A stretch of 64,000 bases of DNA, taken from positions 29,224 to 93,223 of the forward strand of contig CAYMVY010000003.1 in the NCBI GenBank assembly GCA_964394405.1, read 5' to 3'. The DNA comes from an uncultured Gammaproteobacteria bacterium. GTDB taxonomy: Bacteria; Patescibacteriota; Patescibacteriia; Magasanikbacterales; UBA922. The notes below the pieces were generated by a model that was not told the DNA's origin, searched no databases, and saw only the letters and a list, made by a program, of their open reading frames with translations. Positions 62,875 through 64,000 of this stretch are shown here, piece after piece. The position numbers and the translations under genes are program-made. Numbering within the stretch: the stretch's first letter is position 1; the number at the start of each line of letters is the position of its first letter.

Positions 62875-63495
62875 ATGTCTGACTCTTCACTCGATAAGCT
62901 CATGTATTCATTCGTGATGGAGGATGTCCTCAAAGGACTCTTTATTTATGTACCACCTGGATACGTAGCTTGTGTCTATGATCTTGGCCGTGGAGTGCTC
63001 AAAAAAGTACTGACTCCTGGACTTCATTTTAAAATTCCGTTTTGGCAGAAAGCAAAATTGTTTAATACCCAGACACTTGAATACGGTATCTCTCGTCAGT
63101 TTAATTCTGGAAATCAGAAGGCAATGGGGGATGTACCTATTGCTGCGGTAACTCATGATAACAAGCGGATTGCGGTTGAAGGTACTATTCTGCTTCGCCT
63201 TGATATTCACCAGATTCCGATGATTTGGCAGACGATTGGTGAGGATTTTGTAGAAAAAATTATTCGTCCTACGATTCGAAGTCGTATGCGTATGGTTGTC
63301 ACTCGGTTTAGCTACGAGGATTTGGTAGGAGCAAAACGCGATGCAGTTGAAACTGAAGTAAAAAATGAACTTGAACGTATCTTCTATCCGCGTGGAATTT
63401 ATGTAGAAAATATTCTTCTCTCTGAGATTTCTCAGGTGTCTGCTCAGAGTGGCAAGGAAGAATCGTCAAAAAAAGAAGATCATGGGCATCATTAA
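62875..63495 (+). CDS. SPFH/band-7 (stomatin/prohibitin-like) domain protein
   Basis: ..VPPGYVACVYDLGRGVLKKVLTPGLHFKIPFWQKAKLFNTQTLEY.. matches the SPFH core. Confidence 0.7.
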   Translation: MSDSSLDKLMYSFVMEDVLKGLFIYVPPGYVACVYDLGRGVLKKVLTPGLHFKIPFWQKAKLFNTQTLEYGISRQFNSGNQKAMGDVPIAAVTHDNKRIAVEGTILLRLDIHQIPMIWQTIGEDFVEKIIRPTIRSRMRMVVTRFSYEDLVGAKRDAVETEVKNELERIFYPRGIYVENILLSEISQVSAQSGKEESSKKEDHGHH

Positions 63496-63519
63496 TGTTA
63501 CGAAGGTTCCCCTTTTATT

Positions 63520-64000
63520 ATGAGAGAATTCGGACCTGAATTTCGTTTTAACACACATACACCTGAGGATCCTCCTGTACCTCCTGAGCAGAATAGAGAA
63601 CATATTTTGCGTTTTGATAATCCAGTGACTGAGCATGTTCGTAATCTTCAGAAGACTAATCCTGAGATTGCCGCAACTATCGAGAGTACTTTGCGAACAC
63701 AAACTGTTGAATTCCAGTCTCGTGAAACGAGTCTTCTCGCTGATTTATCAAAAGTACTTTCTCGATTTAAGAAGAAGGTGTTGACTACACTTGCTACGGC
63801 TTCTGTAGTGTGGTCTGCTGGAGCGTGTAGGACAGAATATCGGGGTGAGTCTATCCCCGTTGCTCCTGCATCAACTGATAATGATCGAGAAGCGGGTAAT
63901 GTAGGTGTTTCTGAGATAAAGACACCTACCCATCCTCAATTACGTGCTGATGTTGGGGATATTGTGGTTGATGGTGTGTACAAGATTGGTGAAGTTATCA
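63520..64000 (+). CDS. Hypothetical protein, 5' part only (ORF runs off the window end)
   Basis: ATG at 63520 with no stop through 64000. One hydrophobic segment VLTTLATASVVWSAGA. Confidence 0.35.
   Translation, partial: MREFGPEFRFNTHTPEDPPVPPEQNREHILRFDNPVTEHVRNLQKTNPEIAATIESTLRTQTVEFQSRETSLLADLSKVLSRFKKKVLTTLATASVVWSAGACRTEYRGESIPVAPASTDNDREAGNVGVSEIKTPTHPQLRADVGDIVVDGVYKIGEVI

Noticed and set aside
1-64000. rRNA genes, tmRNA, RNase P RNA, SRP RNA
   Set aside because: No stretch with recognisable conserved cores (for example the SRP domain IV GGAA/AGCAG motif or the tmRNA tag reading frame) was seen. The window appears to contain only tRNAs and cis-regulatory RNAs, but a covariance-model scan would be needed to exclude small ncRNAs.

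Overview
This 64-kb window is AT-rich and gene-dense. Native genes mostly lack Shine-Dalgarno sequences and sit behind near-consensus TTGACA-17-TAnAnT promoters, which fits a reduced, Patescibacteria/CPR-like or similar streamlined bacterium. The core content is housekeeping genes and envelope genes.

**Housekeeping:**
- dnaE 3' part, tsaD, rplJ-rplL with an L10-type leader, fba (class I), fbp, mreB, holB, frr, glyQS behind a T-box-like leader, tpiA, rpmG, typA, DEAD-box helicase, cca, uppP, yidC.
- Eight tRNAs/pseudo-tRNAs: Glu, Thr-UGU, Tyr, Val, Thr-GGU, Trp, plus fragments.

**Envelope and surface:**
- Glycosyltransferases GT2 (QxxRW), GT4 and GT28-like, a DUF4012 protein, and a clan-A glycoside hydrolase.
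- Two MacB-type ABC systems.
- A 2045-aa beta-propeller/Fn3 surface protein.
- An ECF sigma/anti-sigma pair.

**Most unusual — mosaic structure around tRNA genes and composition:**
- A standalone GIY-YIG nuclease gene is wedged between a degenerate 5' copy of tRNA-Trp and the intact tRNA-Trp.
- tRNA-Thr(UGU) is flanked by a degenerate 5' half-copy and a 3' half-copy, each carrying a GC-rich hairpin insertion.
- tRNA-Thr(GGU) is followed by a ~190-bp hairpin-rich insert bounded by a duplicate of the tRNA 3' end.
- Three short, strongly GC-rich single-gene islands (near tRNA-Glu, near tRNA-Trp, and after the helicase) carry SD-bearing genes foreign to the host composition.
- A recurring GC-rich palindromic hairpin with a TTCGCGAA/CGAA core marks four of these junctions.
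- Three families of AT-rich palindromic/TIR intergenic repeats (MITE/REP-like) sit exactly between stop and start codons.

Coordinates that I counted by hand are accurate to about ±2 nt.
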